64,000 nucleotides of DNA from Gemmatimonadota bacterium (GCA_036679605.1 JAZDCZ010000091.1:8521-72520); one strand, 5' to 3'. Numbered from the stretch's first letter, positions 1 through 9,388 are shown. The notes: a model not told the origin generated them from the letters alone. Program-made: numbers and translations.

Positions 1-28
1 CGAGCGCGTGGATGCCGCTGACTGGTAG
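1..28 (+). CDS. 3' end of probable antitoxin preceding VapC (truncated by window edge)
   Basis: Frame 2 reads ERVDAADW* and overlaps the vapC start, as expected for a TA operon. Confidence 0.4.
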
Positions 29-413
29 TTATCTCCTTGACACCAACATCGTCATCGGACTACTGGCGGGCGACGCCGACATCAGGGAACACGTGTCAGC
101 GGCGGGGCGGGTGTACGTCCCAAGCATCGTGCTGGGTGAACTCTACTACGGTGTACAGAAGTCCGGCCGCCCGACCGAGAATGCGAAGCGCATCGATGCG
201 CTCGCTCAGTCCGCGGCCGTGCTGGCGTGCGATGCCGCTACCGCCACGGTGTACGGGGAGCTGAAAGCCCGTCTGCGCGAGCGGGGGACGCCAATTCCCG
301 AGAATGATTTGTGGATCGCCGCGCTCGCGGTCCAACATGACCTCACGCTCGTCACGCGTGACGCGCACTTCGACGCTGTTCCGGTCCTCTCCACCGTAGC
401 CTGGGGGCGCTGA
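12..413 (+). CDS. vapC: PIN-domain toxin, VapC family
   Basis: Motifs YLLDTN, VLGELYYG, ENDLWIAA, LVTRDAHF; 133 aa. Confidence 0.93.
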   Translation: MPLTGSYLLDTNIVIGLLAGDADIREHVSAAGRVYVPSIVLGELYYGVQKSGRPTENAKRIDALAQSAAVLACDAATATVYGELKARLRERGTPIPENDLWIAALAVQHDLTLVTRDAHFDAVPVLSTVAWGR

Positions 414-420
414 CTCCGCC

Positions 421-653
421 CCACTCCCCCCCAAAAGTGCACGTCGGCGATTTTTAGTGCATATTACGATCAAAATCCGAGTGAGGTGAGCGGCTAAAGG
501 AAGCAAGCGCAACGGATTGCGGCGCTCTGGTCGTAGCCGAAAGCGTCGATCAGGACAGTTACGCAGGAAGACCCGATTGGGCTGGCCGGCGGGCTCAACC
601 TGTACGGGTTTGCCAATGGGGATCCGATCAATTTCAGTGATCCGTTTGGATTG
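421..653 (+). repeat. Array repeat copy 1: C-tract + conserved site + linker + Rhs core stub
   Basis: CCACT-Cn-AAAGTGCACGTCGGCGATTTTTAGTGCATATTACGATCAAAAT...TQEDPIGLAGGLNLYGFANGDPINFSDPFGL; near-identical copies downstream. Confidence 0.95.
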
Positions 654-1091
654 TGTGTCTGGGATGCATGTGCGATTGAGGGAGCCAGTATCGGGGTGGT
701 TGGCGTCGCAGCCATCGGCACCGGTATCGCTGTCGCCGCGGTTGCCGTAGCGAACGGTGAGCAGATCGGCAACGCGCTGGACGCCGGACTTGAGGCCGGG
801 AAGAAACTTGTGACCGGTATCTTTGCAGCAGTATCGACGAAGATCCACGAGAAAAAACTTGCTGGTCTGGAACGAAATGCCAACCTCCATTTTGGGTTTA
901 TTGGTGGAAACGGTCCTTCAGGAAAAGATCCGAACAAATGGACCAACAAGTGGAAGAAGGATATTCAAAAGGCGATTCGCGGGATGCGAAAACGACTGAA
1001 TCGCCTCAAAGGAGATAAGAAGATCGAGAAGTGGAGAAACCGCATCGAGCAGCTGGAGCGGCGGCTTCAGGACCTCGAAGGAGGACCATAG
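561..1091 (+). CDS. Orphan Rhs C-terminal toxin module 1 (no proper start; unknown basic domain after a hydrophobic helix)
   Basis: Rhs core end DPIG...DPFGL in frame with ORF 651..1091; in-frame TAG at 534 upstream. Confidence 0.8.
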   Translation, partial: TQEDPIGLAGGLNLYGFANGDPINFSDPFGLCVWDACAIEGASIGVVGVAAIGTGIAVAAVAVANGEQIGNALDAGLEAGKKLVTGIFAAVSTKIHEKKLAGLERNANLHFGFIGGNGPSGKDPNKWTNKWKKDIQKAIRGMRKRLNRLKGDKKIEKWRNRIEQLERRLQDLEGGP

Positions 1092-1424
1092 ATGAGTGGG
1101 ACACCTTCAGAACATCTTGAATTCACTCGGTCAATCGATGCGTTCTTGAGTGGTATTGGCGTTGGTTCGGCAGATGAGCGCGCGGATTTGGCGGTCGACT
1201 TGGCGGATACACTCTACGCCGCTCGTGATGTGGAGAGGATGCTTGGCGAGCTTCTGGATCTGGATCTGGACAGCCCGTCGCAAGTGGACCGTGCCTTAGA
1301 ACTGACCGCCAACATTGAAGTGCAGTTGTTCACGGAGCTGAAGGACCATCTCTTGGATCTTCAGCGGAGCTGGCCCATTCTGTTCCAGAAGCTTGGGGCT
1401 CTCGCTGAGCAGGCAGACACCTAG
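1092..1424 (+). CDS. Putative immunity protein for toxin 1 (acidic, cytoplasmic)
   Basis: Abuts the toxin stop; GGAGG RBS; 110 aa. Confidence 0.7.
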   Translation: MSGTPSEHLEFTRSIDAFLSGIGVGSADERADLAVDLADTLYAARDVERMLGELLDLDLDSPSQVDRALELTANIEVQLFTELKDHLLDLQRSWPILFQKLGALAEQADT

Positions 1425-1516
1425 GCTTCGGGTGGCGCCGGCCTTTGCCGAGGCTTAGTAGTTCGCGTGCTTCGCCGTTGCGGCCGCGTCGTCTTGCGGT
1501 TCTTGGGTAGCAGCGC

Positions 1517-1717
1517 TTATGCCGAGCGCCGTCGTGACTTGACGAGTGCGTCGACGAACTTGAGGACCGCTCGTTGATCGGCGGGTGGTAGCGACTCGAT
1601 TCTTGCGAGCCGTTTCATGAGCCTCGCCTTTTTGGGCGAGGCTTTTGTTTTGACGCGTTTCAATCCAAGTAGTTCGTCGGCGCTCACCTTGAGCGCGATC
1701 GCCAGGTCGGCGAGCAA
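1517..1717 (-). pseudogene. 3' half of XRE-family HTH regulator
   Basis: LADLAIALKVSADELLG...LPPADQRAVLKFVDALV matches the intact copy at 12714-13085; N-terminus missing. Confidence 0.8.
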
Positions 1718-1890
1718 CGCTCCGCCTGGACGATGGTATCGAACTGGAGGCGGTGGTCGGTTGGCACCGCGGACACGAGCGACCTGCTAGCGGTCGACTT
1801 GGAACGGGGCGAGCCGGCTCGGGCGCCCGAAGGCTAACCCAGCCCGTCATTGGCGCCGGCTCCCCGAGTCCCTGCACCCGGCACGCTACC

Positions 1891-1919
1891 TTGCGTGGTG
1901 ATGCTCAAACGGGCATATT
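1891..1919 (+). promoter_or_regulatory. Putative higBA promoter/operator
   Basis: TTGCGT-17-CATATT overlapped by imperfect palindrome ATGCTC-AAAC-GGGCAT. Confidence 0.5.
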
Positions 1920-1921
1920 AG

Positions 1922-2311
1922 ATGGTGACACGGAACGATCATGAGGTTCTCACCCCAGTCGAGTGGATCGGCTCGTCGCGCGAGGAGCTACGGACCATGC
2001 CGCAGGACGTTCGAGACACGTTTGGCTACGCGCTCTATGAAGCGCAGCGCGGCAAACAGCACCGGCGGGCGAAGCGCTTGAAGGGCGACCTAGCGGGGCT
2101 GGTCGAGCTAGTCGATGATTTCAATCGCAACACCTACCGTGCGATCTACACGGTGAAAATGGCTGGCGTCGTCTACGTACTGCACGTGTTCCAGAAAAAA
2201 TCGACGCGGGGAATTGCGACTCCGAAACGCGAGCTCGCGGTGATCAAGGAGCGGTGGAAACGAGCGAAAGCGCACTATGCGGCACATTACGGAGGTACAG
2301 AGGATGGCTAA
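1922..2311 (+). CDS. higB: RelE/HigB-like toxin (phage Gp49-like), toxin-first TA
   Basis: WIGSSREEL, TYRAIYTV, VYVLHVFQKKS..GIATP motifs. Confidence 0.88.
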   Translation: MVTRNDHEVLTPVEWIGSSREELRTMPQDVRDTFGYALYEAQRGKQHRRAKRLKGDLAGLVELVDDFNRNTYRAIYTVKMAGVVYVLHVFQKKSTRGIATPKRELAVIKERWKRAKAHYAAHYGGTEDG

Positions 2312-2663
2312 GCGCAAGATCGGGGCGGCTCCCCACGACATCCCGGTGACCCGGGGCAGCGGCAATGTGTTCTCCGATCTCGGGCTGCCAAAGCCACAGG
2401 AACGACTTGCGAAGGCACAGTTGGCGTCGCTGATCGACGATGCCATTCGGGAACGGAAGCTGACGCAACGGCAAGCTGCTGCGTTGTTGGGCATCGACCA
2501 GCCGAAGATCTCGCGGTTGCTCAGCGGCCGCCTCAGCGGTTTCTCTACGCAACGGCTCCTCGATTTCCTCACCGCACTTGGGCGGGACGTGAACATCGTA
2601 GTGCGCGCGCCACGGCGCCGTCGGCAGGGCCGCCTGCGCGTGCGCATGCTTGCGCCCCGCTGA
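2304..2663 (+). CDS. higA: HigA-like XRE antitoxin
   Basis: GSGNVFSDLG...LTQRQAAALLGIDQPKISRL; overlaps toxin stop. Confidence 0.88.
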   Translation: MAKRKIGAAPHDIPVTRGSGNVFSDLGLPKPQERLAKAQLASLIDDAIRERKLTQRQAAALLGIDQPKISRLLSGRLSGFSTQRLLDFLTALGRDVNIVVRAPRRRRQGRLRVRMLAPR

Positions 2664-2671
2664 CTCGTCTG

Positions 2672-2904
2672 CCACTCCCCCCTGAGAATGCACGTCGGCG
2701 ATTTTTAGTGCATATTACGATCAAAATTCAGGTGAGGTGAGCGGCTAAGAAAAAGAAGCACAACGGATTGCGGCGTCGCGGTCGTACCAGAACGCGTCGA
2801 CCAGGACATATACGCAGGAAGACCCGATCGGGCTGGCCGGTGGGCTCAACCTGTATGGGTTTGCCAACGGGGATCCGGTTAATTTCAGTGATCCGTTTGG
2901 GTTG
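2672..2904 (+). repeat. Array repeat copy 2
   Basis: Same site, linker and Rhs stub as 421-653. Confidence 0.95.
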
Positions 2905-3372
2905 TGTCCTGACCCGCCTTGCTTCAAGGTGGAAGGGAGCGAAGAGTTTAAACGCTTGTGGCGATCGCTGGTGAAAGAGTCGTCGCGGTTAGCCGGGTTC
3001 GTGAAGGAAGCGAGCGCCGCAGATAAACCTGATTTCATTTTGCGGGAAACTGAAGCCTCGACCTTGGACACGTTTGGCAAGCCAGGTGGTATCACCTTCT
3101 TCTTTGATGCGGAGGGAAGATCTGTGGAGGCGGGCTCTGGGGCTGGGATCACAAAGATCGACTCTCGGGTTAGCTCTACAGATCTGGGTAATGCCAGTAC
3201 ACGCGCGATGATAGCCAAGCGTGGGGGGGTGCCAACTCTCGGAAATGTTATGGTGCACGAGTTCTCTCACGGGATTTTGGCTATACAGGGCTTTAGATCA
3301 ACTGAGAAGCAAGCAGGGCTGTCAGAGTGTGCGATCATCAAGCAGGTTGCCGGAGGTCGCTGTAAGCCATGA
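2812..3372 (+). CDS. Orphan Rhs C-terminal toxin module 2, HExxH metallopeptidase-like
   Basis: Rhs stub in frame; VMVHEFSHG motif; in-frame TAA at 2746 and no start before the stub. Confidence 0.75.
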   Translation, partial: TQEDPIGLAGGLNLYGFANGDPVNFSDPFGLCPDPPCFKVEGSEEFKRLWRSLVKESSRLAGFVKEASAADKPDFILRETEASTLDTFGKPGGITFFFDAEGRSVEAGSGAGITKIDSRVSSTDLGNASTRAMIAKRGGVPTLGNVMVHEFSHGILAIQGFRSTEKQAGLSECAIIKQVAGGRCKP

Positions 3373-4094
3373 TGGTGCAGAAGCTAACAGTGGCAGCGAT
3401 GGTTGTTGGCTTCGCGTTCATTACCTATCGCGACGGCCCAAAGGTTCAACTAGTGCAGTCATGCCCTCAGGGGATATCGGCAGGCGTCCTGATGCGCGAA
3501 AAGCTCGGGCTTGGCTCACCAACAGGTTTCGTTCGAGGAGAGCTTAAGGAACTGGGACGGGAACATTCACGTACAGCAGCGCCTCAGGTTGGGTTCTATT
3601 CCGTGAACCGTCGCCATGCGCCTGAACGTGAATGGTTGCGTTTTGCGATAGACTCGGCGGGTATGGGGTACCGCATTTCAGGGTTTCCGACTCTGGACCT
3701 CGAGGCTCTTGCCTGTCGAATGACCGTAAGTCGTGTAACATCACCCGGTGATGTATGGCGCGCGCTGCAAGCCTTTGCTGAGGTTTTAGCCCCCTTCCGC
3801 GGGCCGACCTATCTACTTGGGGTTTCCGAAGAAGGAGTTGAGGACCACCCCGAGAGCTGGCGATTGCTCGGAGACTCCACAGACTTTCCCAGTCCGCAAA
3901 TTGAGTGGTCAGAAGAACGACGTGCCTATCTAGGTGTCGTAAGCGTGCTGTGGTCTTATGAAGCGCGAGATCACCTGGTCGAGTGGCGCTTTGTCGTGGC
4001 ACAAACAGGGCAGATCCTGGCTCTTAACGAGCGCCTACTTGCTGGGCAGAGGGGAATCCGGACATTGAGTTTCTCACGTGAATCATTAAGGTAA
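3369..4094 (+). CDS. Putative exported immunity protein for toxin 2
   Basis: ATGA overlap with toxin stop; hydrophobic N-terminus. Confidence 0.65.
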   Translation: MMVQKLTVAAMVVGFAFITYRDGPKVQLVQSCPQGISAGVLMREKLGLGSPTGFVRGELKELGREHSRTAAPQVGFYSVNRRHAPEREWLRFAIDSAGMGYRISGFPTLDLEALACRMTVSRVTSPGDVWRALQAFAEVLAPFRGPTYLLGVSEEGVEDHPESWRLLGDSTDFPSPQIEWSEERRAYLGVVSVLWSYEARDHLVEWRFVVAQTGQILALNERLLAGQRGIRTLSFSRESLR

Positions 4095-4122
4095 CTAGGC
4101 AGTCGCTTGATCCTCCACATTC

Positions 4123-4150
4123 AGCCCGGTTTCGGCCGGGCTTTTCTTTA
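4123..4150 (+). terminator. Rho-independent terminator
   Basis: AGCCCGGT-TTCG-GCCGGGCT followed by TTTCTTT. Confidence 0.7.
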
Positions 4151-4320
4151 TTCTGAGGTAATCCAGCGTCGGCTTGGTGCTTGAGCATGAGGGAGTCGAG
4201 TAGGGCGTTGGTGATCTTCTTCTCGTCGGCGTTGAACTGACCGAGACCTTCGAATTGCAGGCGGAAGTCGTCGTCGGGTCCGCGCCGGCCGTCTTCGAAC
4301 ACCAACGCATTCGCACCGAC
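4150..4320 (-). pseudogene. C-terminal remnant of XRE-type repressor (second subfamily)
   Basis: ALVFEDGRRGPDDDFRLQFEGLGQFNADEKKITNALLDSLMLKHQA; same position and orientation as the other XRE remnants. Confidence 0.6.
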
Positions 4321-4368
4321 ACCTACCCCTTGGCCAATGTCTCGTGGCCAGTGTAAGTTATTCGTGCC

Positions 4369-4659
4369 ATGGGAGTTCAAGACCGCCTCACCAAGCTACG
4401 GGATATTATCCATGCCACCGCCGCCGCGCATGGCGCTCGGGACGTACGGGTTTTCGGGTCTGTGGCGCGGGGCGAGGAGGCGGAAAACAGTGACATTGAC
4501 TTCCTCGTTACGTTGGAACCGGGTAGGACGCTGCTCGACGTGGCGCGGCTGGAGATGCGCCTTGAGAGCTTACTCGGGCGGCACGTGGATGTCGTGACTG
4601 AAAGTGGACTGCGCGAGCCCCTTCGCACGGATGCCCTGCGCGAAGCCGTTCGTGTCTGA
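4369..4659 (+). CDS. Minimal nucleotidyltransferase (MNT) antitoxin
   Basis: VFGSVARGE...SDIDFLV, VDVVT motifs; 96 aa. Confidence 0.92.
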   Translation: MGVQDRLTKLRDIIHATAAAHGARDVRVFGSVARGEEAENSDIDFLVTLEPGRTLLDVARLEMRLESLLGRHVDVVTESGLREPLRTDALREAVRV

Positions 4660-5008
4660 GGGCCGTCGTGCGGCCCTGGCTCGCCTGCGCCACATGGTGG
4701 AGGCTGCCGACGCCATCATCGGGTATACGGCTCGCGGCCGGGAGGTGTTTGACAGCGACTCCGCCGTGCGCGAGGCGATTCTGTATCAAGTGGTCGTGCT
4801 TGGCGAGGCGGCGAAGGCGGTACTTGCCGCCGACCCGTCGCTTGAGAATGCGCTGCCGGAAGTGGAATGGTCGCCGATTGCTCGTATGCGAGACCGGGTG
4901 GCGCACCACTACTGGGCAACGGACCGTGATGTCGTGTGGGCCACGGCTACGGTTGCCGTGCCCGAACTCCGTGCAGCCCTTGCTGGGGCGCTTGAGCGCC
5001 TTGGGTAG
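4652..5008 (+). CDS. HEPN (DUF86) RNase toxin
   Basis: VLGEAAK, PEVEW, MRDRVAHHY (Rx4H) motifs; overlaps MNT; GTG start inferred. Confidence 0.9.
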   Translation: MSEGRRAALARLRHMVEAADAIIGYTARGREVFDSDSAVREAILYQVVVLGEAAKAVLAADPSLENALPEVEWSPIARMRDRVAHHYWATDRDVVWATATVAVPELRAALAGALERLG

Positions 5009-5068
5009 TCGCTCAGCGGTCTGCGCGCCCACCGGCCGATGGTCTCTCCCGTACCCGTCTATCTCACC

Positions 5069-5301
5069 TCACCCCCTCCCCAAAGTGCACGTCGGCGATT
5101 TTTAGTGCATATTACGATCAAAATTAGAGTGAGGTGAGCGGCTAAAGGAAGCAAGCGCAACTGATTGCGGCGCCCTGGTCGTAGCCGAAAGCGTCGATCA
5201 GGACAGTTACGCAGGAAGACCCGATCGGGCTGGCGGGCGGGCTCAACCTATACGGATTCGCCAACGGGGATCCGATCAACTTCAGTGATCCGTTCGGGCT
5301 G
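5069..5301 (+). repeat. Array repeat copy 3
   Basis: Same site, linker and Rhs stub. Confidence 0.95.
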
Positions 5302-5757
5302 TGTCCGCCGTGCAGTGTAGGAGAGCAGGGGATTGTATTCATCAAGCGCCACGAAGGGTTCAGGGCGAACGTTTATGATGACCTCGGTGGCCGAGGCACG
5401 ATCGGATACGGCCACCTCATCCTGCGAGGTGAGACCATCCAAGGCCCGCTAACTCGCGGACAGGGAGATGCACTGCTCCGGCAAGACCTCATAGTAAGGG
5501 TGCAGCCTGGACTTGATCTGATCACCGGTGACCTTAATCAAAACCAAGTCGACGCGGTCGGTAGTCTCATCTTCAACGTAGGCGTTTCCAACTTCGCTGG
5601 TTCGAGGGCACTCCAGAAACTGAACGCCGGCGACTTTGAAGGAGCGAAGGATGAGATGGCAGAATTCAGGCTCGTGAACGGCAAGGTTGAGCCAAGCTTG
5701 GTCCGTCGGCGCGCGGATGAGCGTCGTTTGTTTGACAAGAACGAGGGGGGGCGATGA
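5209..5757 (+). CDS. Orphan Rhs C-terminal toxin module 3: GH24 phage-type lysozyme
   Basis: Manual translation past DPFGL gives HEGFRANVYDDLGGRGTIGYGH (E-x8-D-x5-T), then FNVG and LVRRRADERRLF. Confidence 0.92.
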   Translation, partial: TQEDPIGLAGGLNLYGFANGDPINFSDPFGLCPPCSVGEQGIVFIKRHEGFRANVYDDLGGRGTIGYGHLILRGETIQGPLTRGQGDALLRQDLIVRVQPGLDLITGDLNQNQVDAVGSLIFNVGVSNFAGSRALQKLNAGDFEGAKDEMAEFRLVNGKVEPSLVRRRADERRLFDKNEGGR

Positions 5758-6095
5758 ACATGCTGATTCTGATGCTAACGCTGCAACTCGTGACCGTGTC
5801 CCGGCAATGCGACAATGCGCAAAACACAGTCGAATTGGAGGACTGTCTCAGACGAGAGCTAGATTCCCTCAATCTCGAAATCAGAGAGCGGGTATCTGAA
5901 ATTGAGGAACGTTTTCCGTCTCGGAAGCGTGTGCTTTTCGATCGCGCACAGCGGACGTGGTCACTTTATCGCGATCTCCAATGCGAGAGTGAGGCCGCCC
6001 AATTTGAAGGGGGAAGTATCGCGGGTGTATCAACGCTCCGCTGTCATATGCGCATTGCGGATGCACGGTTAACCGAGTTGAATGAGGTCTACTGA
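5754..6095 (+). CDS. Lysozyme inhibitor LprI (DUF1311)-like immunity protein
   Basis: C..AQNTVELEDC, AQRTWSLYRDLQC, GGSIAG...C motifs; signal-like N-terminus; overlaps toxin stop. Confidence 0.88.
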   Translation: MNMLILMLTLQLVTVSRQCDNAQNTVELEDCLRRELDSLNLEIRERVSEIEERFPSRKRVLFDRAQRTWSLYRDLQCESEAAQFEGGSIAGVSTLRCHMRIADARLTELNEVY

Positions 6096-6245
6096 AGGGA
6101 AACCGCTCCGCCCAGTGGCGCAACGGCCACGCCCCTCGAAGAGCAGTATGGCTAGCGGTACCGTCCGTCGGGTGAGTACGGTGATTCTATCTATGCAGTT
6201 TCGGACCATGGCAGCTTTTCATGTCCGCAAGACTTTGTTCGTAGG

Positions 6246-6560
6246 CTAGGTGCTCCATCGCCGTGACTCGACCAGTGCATCCACAAACTTGAGGACAGCC
6301 CGCTGATCTGATTGGGGTAGTTTTTCGACCTGCTGGAGCCTTTTGAGGAGCCTTGCCCTTTTGGGCGAGGCTTTCTCTTTCACAGGCTTGAGCCCTAGCA
6401 GTTCGTCGGCACTCACCTTGAGCGCTTTCGCGAGGTCAACGAGCAGCGTGCCGGGTGGCTGGGCGTCGTCCTGCTTATAATAAGGCGCCATCCCTCATGT
6501 CTTGCTGGGTGAGGTCGCGGCTCTTGCGGAGCCGATCGAGGCGGGGTCGGATAACTTCTT
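6246..6560 (-). pseudogene. Frameshifted/internally deleted XRE regulator
   Basis: RLDRLRKSRDLTQQ in one frame and YYKQDDAQPPG...LPQSDQRAVLKFVDALVESRR in another. Confidence 0.8.
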
Positions 6561-6645
6561 GTTCCGTACTCTCGGCGTGCCTCTTGGCCAAGGCGGTCGC
6601 CCATTCGGTGAAGTTTCGCCGAACGCACCCGTTTCGGACATCACC

Positions 6646-6685
6646 TTGACTGTGGCCATAAGTGTATGTACAGTAATGCTGTACA
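6646..6685 (+). promoter_or_regulatory. yefM-yoeB promoter with paired TGTACA operators
   Basis: TTGACT(6646)-17-TACAGT(6669); TGTACA at 6667 and 6680, the known YefM operator core. Confidence 0.75.
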
Positions 6686-6703
6686 GTTAATCAGGGTGTG
6701 CCG

Positions 6704-6994
6704 ATGGCCATTCGTACTACTTATACAGACGCCAGGCAGCGACTCGCCGAACTGTGGCGACGCGTTGAAGAAGACCGTGAACCGGTGATAATCACACGCC
6801 GTGGACACCAGGAGGTAGCCCTCGTGGCTGCCGACGAACTCGCAAGCCTGCAAGAGACCGCCCACCTGCTGCGGTCGCCGGCGAATGCGCGCCGCTTGTT
6901 GCGGGCGCTCGACCGTGCACTGGCGGGTGGCGGCAGACGTCGCTCGATGGAGGAATTGCAGCGGGAGTTGGACCTTGGGCCAGCGGCGGGGTAG
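6704..6994 (+). CDS. yefM: Phd/YefM antitoxin
   Basis: TYTDARQRLA, PVIITRRG, LQETAHLLRSPANARRL. Confidence 0.93.
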   Translation: MAIRTTYTDARQRLAELWRRVEEDREPVIITRRGHQEVALVAADELASLQETAHLLRSPANARRLLRALDRALAGGGRRRSMEELQRELDLGPAAG

Positions 6995-7253
6995 AGCCCG
7001 CAAGGCGATCTTCCAGAAGGAGTTTCTCGAGGATCTGCGATTTTGGGTAGGAAACGACCGCAAGACCGCGTTGCGGTGCCTGGATCTGGTGCAAGCGGCG
7101 TTGCGCGACCCGTTCACCGGTATTGGCAAACCTGAGCGATTGAGATATCTGGGTGGCAGCATGTGGTCTCGGCGATTGACACAGGAGCATCGCGTGGTGT
7201 ATCTGGTTCGGCACGATCGCATCGATTTTCTGCAGGCACGCTACCACTACTGA
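6975..7253 (+). CDS. yoeB: Txe/YoeB toxin
   Basis: PFTGIGKPERL, WSRRLTQEHRVVY, QARYHY; TTG start inferred from GGGAG RBS. Confidence 0.93.
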   Translation: MGQRRGRARKAIFQKEFLEDLRFWVGNDRKTALRCLDLVQAALRDPFTGIGKPERLRYLGGSMWSRRLTQEHRVVYLVRHDRIDFLQARYHY

Positions 7254-7275
7254 TCTTTCGGGAACCGCCTCGACC

Positions 7276-7509
7276 CCACTCCCCCCCCCAAAGTGCACGT
7301 CGGCGATTTTCAGTGCATATGACGATCAAGATTAGAGTGAGGTGAGCGGCTAAAGGAAGCAAGCGCAACTGATTGCGGCGCCCTGGTCGTACCCGAACGC
7401 GTCGATCAGGACAGTTACGCAGGAAGACCCGATTGGATTAGCCGGTGGGCTCAACCTGTATGGGTTTGCCAATGGGGATCCGGTCAATTTCTCGGATCCG
7501 TTTGGGCTG
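7276..7509 (+). repeat. Array repeat copy 4
   Basis: Same site, linker and Rhs stub. Confidence 0.95.
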
Positions 7510-7971
7510 TGTGTAGACAAGGACGCGACCTGTGACGATCTGGTTCGGCAACTGCGACTTCAAGAGGGCGGTGAGTTTCAGAAAGCTGCTGACTTGTTTG
7601 ACGGTTACCGGGGTGGTCAAGTCAGTTGGGTCACTGGTGACAACGCTTTACTGAATGTCAACTTTGCTAATCGAGATGGGAATGCCGAGACTTGGGTTGG
7701 AGGCATCTTCAACCCAGACAATGGCGACATTCTCCTGAACGCTGAGTTTTCGGGAGGTGACCGGTTGATCACCGCGGTACACGAATCACTTCACATAGCC
7801 GGTCTCGGCGATCAGCAGGATAGAGCGCAGATCTTGGGAGTCGAGCAGCGCGCGTACAACCAACTCTCTCCTGCAGCACAGGCCTCAGCAGTTCGACATT
7901 CAGATAGGTTCTTCCACGCATTTGGACCTCAGGCTGGAGTGCATCCCGTACCTGTTCGGGAGCGTAGGTGA
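7417..7971 (+). CDS. Orphan Rhs C-terminal toxin module 4, HExxH metallopeptidase-like
   Basis: Rhs stub in frame with ORF 7594..7971; TAVHESLHI motif. Confidence 0.75.
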   Translation, partial: TQEDPIGLAGGLNLYGFANGDPVNFSDPFGLCVDKDATCDDLVRQLRLQEGGEFQKAADLFDGYRGGQVSWVTGDNALLNVNFANRDGNAETWVGGIFNPDNGDILLNAEFSGGDRLITAVHESLHIAGLGDQQDRAQILGVEQRAYNQLSPAAQASAVRHSDRFFHAFGPQAGVHPVPVRERR

Positions 7972-8546
7972 TGATAGGACCTCGCGTAACTCCCGGCTTC
8001 GCGCTGCTGATGGGAGCTGTCCTTGCGGTATCATGCACTACAGAACCTTCCCGGAGGTTTGATAAAGGGGGGCCACTTCACTTGGACCCCACTAGTTGGC
8101 CGGCTGGGCTCTCTCTCGTGGTCGTCACTGTCGATGATACCGTTCGCGAGGGTGACCGCGTCCAGATTGGTTACGCAATTCGGAATAGGGGATCCGCAAT
8201 GCGCTTCCGAAATGATCCGTTGGATTTTGGTTTGGAAGTTTCCGGGCCGCGTGGAGAGATCCGTCCACAGCAGCAGTTGGAATTTCCGTCACTAGGCGAC
8301 TTGCCGGATCTCTATCTGCCGGATGGCAGTATGCTGGTCAACATCATTGATATCACCTGCATTAACGGTCAATACTTCTTGAAGAGTCGCTCCGACTGCA
8401 TTGCCAGTTTTCCTCTTGGTCTCGGCGAATTTCGGGTGATAATTACTTATCGCGGAACGGTCGTCTCGGACTCCGTCGATACCAGGGCGCAAGCCACAGG
8501 ACCTCGACTAGTCGACACTACCACTGTCGTGATTGTTCCGGAGTAG
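7968..8546 (+). CDS. Putative lipoprotein immunity protein for toxin 4
   Basis: GTGA overlap; lipobox-like LAVSC. Confidence 0.7.
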   Translation: MMIGPRVTPGFALLMGAVLAVSCTTEPSRRFDKGGPLHLDPTSWPAGLSLVVVTVDDTVREGDRVQIGYAIRNRGSAMRFRNDPLDFGLEVSGPRGEIRPQQQLEFPSLGDLPDLYLPDGSMLVNIIDITCINGQYFLKSRSDCIASFPLGLGEFRVIITYRGTVVSDSVDTRAQATGPRLVDTTTVVIVPE

Positions 8547-8649
8547 TCCCGTCCTGGTTTCTCAAGGTGAACAAGCGCTTGCCTAGTCGGCCCGCTGGTG
8601 ACTCGCCCTGAAGTTGAGTCGGCGCTACCTTGTAAGCGAGGAGGCGGAG

Positions 8650-8856
8650 ATGAGTGAATTGGTCTTTGTGGTAGAGGAAGCAGCCGAAGGGGGCTACATC
8701 GCGCGGGCGGTGGGTGCCTCGATCGTGACGGAATCCGATGACCTCGATGGACTGCGGGCTCAGGTGCGGGACGCGGTTCAATGTCACTTCGATGAGGGCG
8801 CGCGTCCCAAGCTGATCCGCTTGCACCACGTGCGCGACGAAGTCATAGCGGCGTGA
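8650..8856 (+). CDS. HicB-like antitoxin (short)
   Basis: FVVEEAAEGGYIARA...IVTESD...VRDAVQCHF; paired with HicA. Confidence 0.8.
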   Translation: MSELVFVVEEAAEGGYIARAVGASIVTESDDLDGLRAQVRDAVQCHFDEGARPKLIRLHHVRDEVIAA

Positions 8857-9101
8857 GGCTGGCGCGGGATCTCTCGGGCCGCGCGTTGGCGAAGGCCCTG
8901 GAGACGCTGGGATACCAGATCACGCGGCAGACGGGTAGCCACCTGCGTCTCACAACCCGAGAACGCGGGGAGCACCACGTGACGATCCCCAACCACAAGG
9001 CCCTGCGCGTGGGCACGCTCGCCAGCATCCTTGACGAGGTCGCTATCCACTTTAGCCTTGAGCGTGCCTCCGTTGTCGAGCGCCTCTTCGGCCACCGCTG
9101 A
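8853..9101 (+). CDS. hicA: HicA toxin
   Basis: LGYQITRQTGSHLRL, VTIPNH, GTLASIL. Confidence 0.92.
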   Translation: MRLARDLSGRALAKALETLGYQITRQTGSHLRLTTRERGEHHVTIPNHKALRVGTLASILDEVAIHFSLERASVVERLFGHR

Positions 9102-9138
9102 GCACCGTCTGGCCCGGTCCCCTTCAGCGATCCCACCG

Positions 9139-9194
9139 CACTCCCCCCCCGAAAGTCCACGTCGGCGATTTTGAGTACATATTACGATCAAAAT
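9139..9194 (+). repeat. Conserved site only (copy 5a), followed directly by a CGCGGAT-element end
   Basis: CACT-C8-GAAAGTCCACGTCGGCGATTTTGAGTACATATTACGATCAAAAT. Confidence 0.9.
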
Positions 9195-9195
9195 T

Positions 9196-9388
9196 GTGCC
9201 GCGGATACTAACGCGGATTGACGCGGGTGGGCCCGCGGATGATTACACTGATGGCCGCAGATAGGAACGCGGATTAACACGGATGGGGCCGCGGATGATT
9301 ATGCCGATAGCCGCGCATGTAGGTGAGGTCTTGTCTCAGGTGCGCCGCGAGCTGTCACTCAGGATGAACCTCCTGAACTGAAGCCGTT
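9196..9388 (+). mobile_element. Truncated, internally duplicated end of triple-CGCGGAT element
   Basis: Two tandem GCCGCGGAT-N4-ACGCGGAT-N2-ACGCGG units; ends with DEPPELKP, resembling the GxxExxY N-terminus NEPPTLHP. Confidence 0.6.

Noticed and set aside
494..5345. Recurrent minus-strand ORFs containing NGSLKLIGSPLANPYRLSPPASPIGSS (also 13987-14802)
   Set aside because: Antisense shadows of the Rhs core stub
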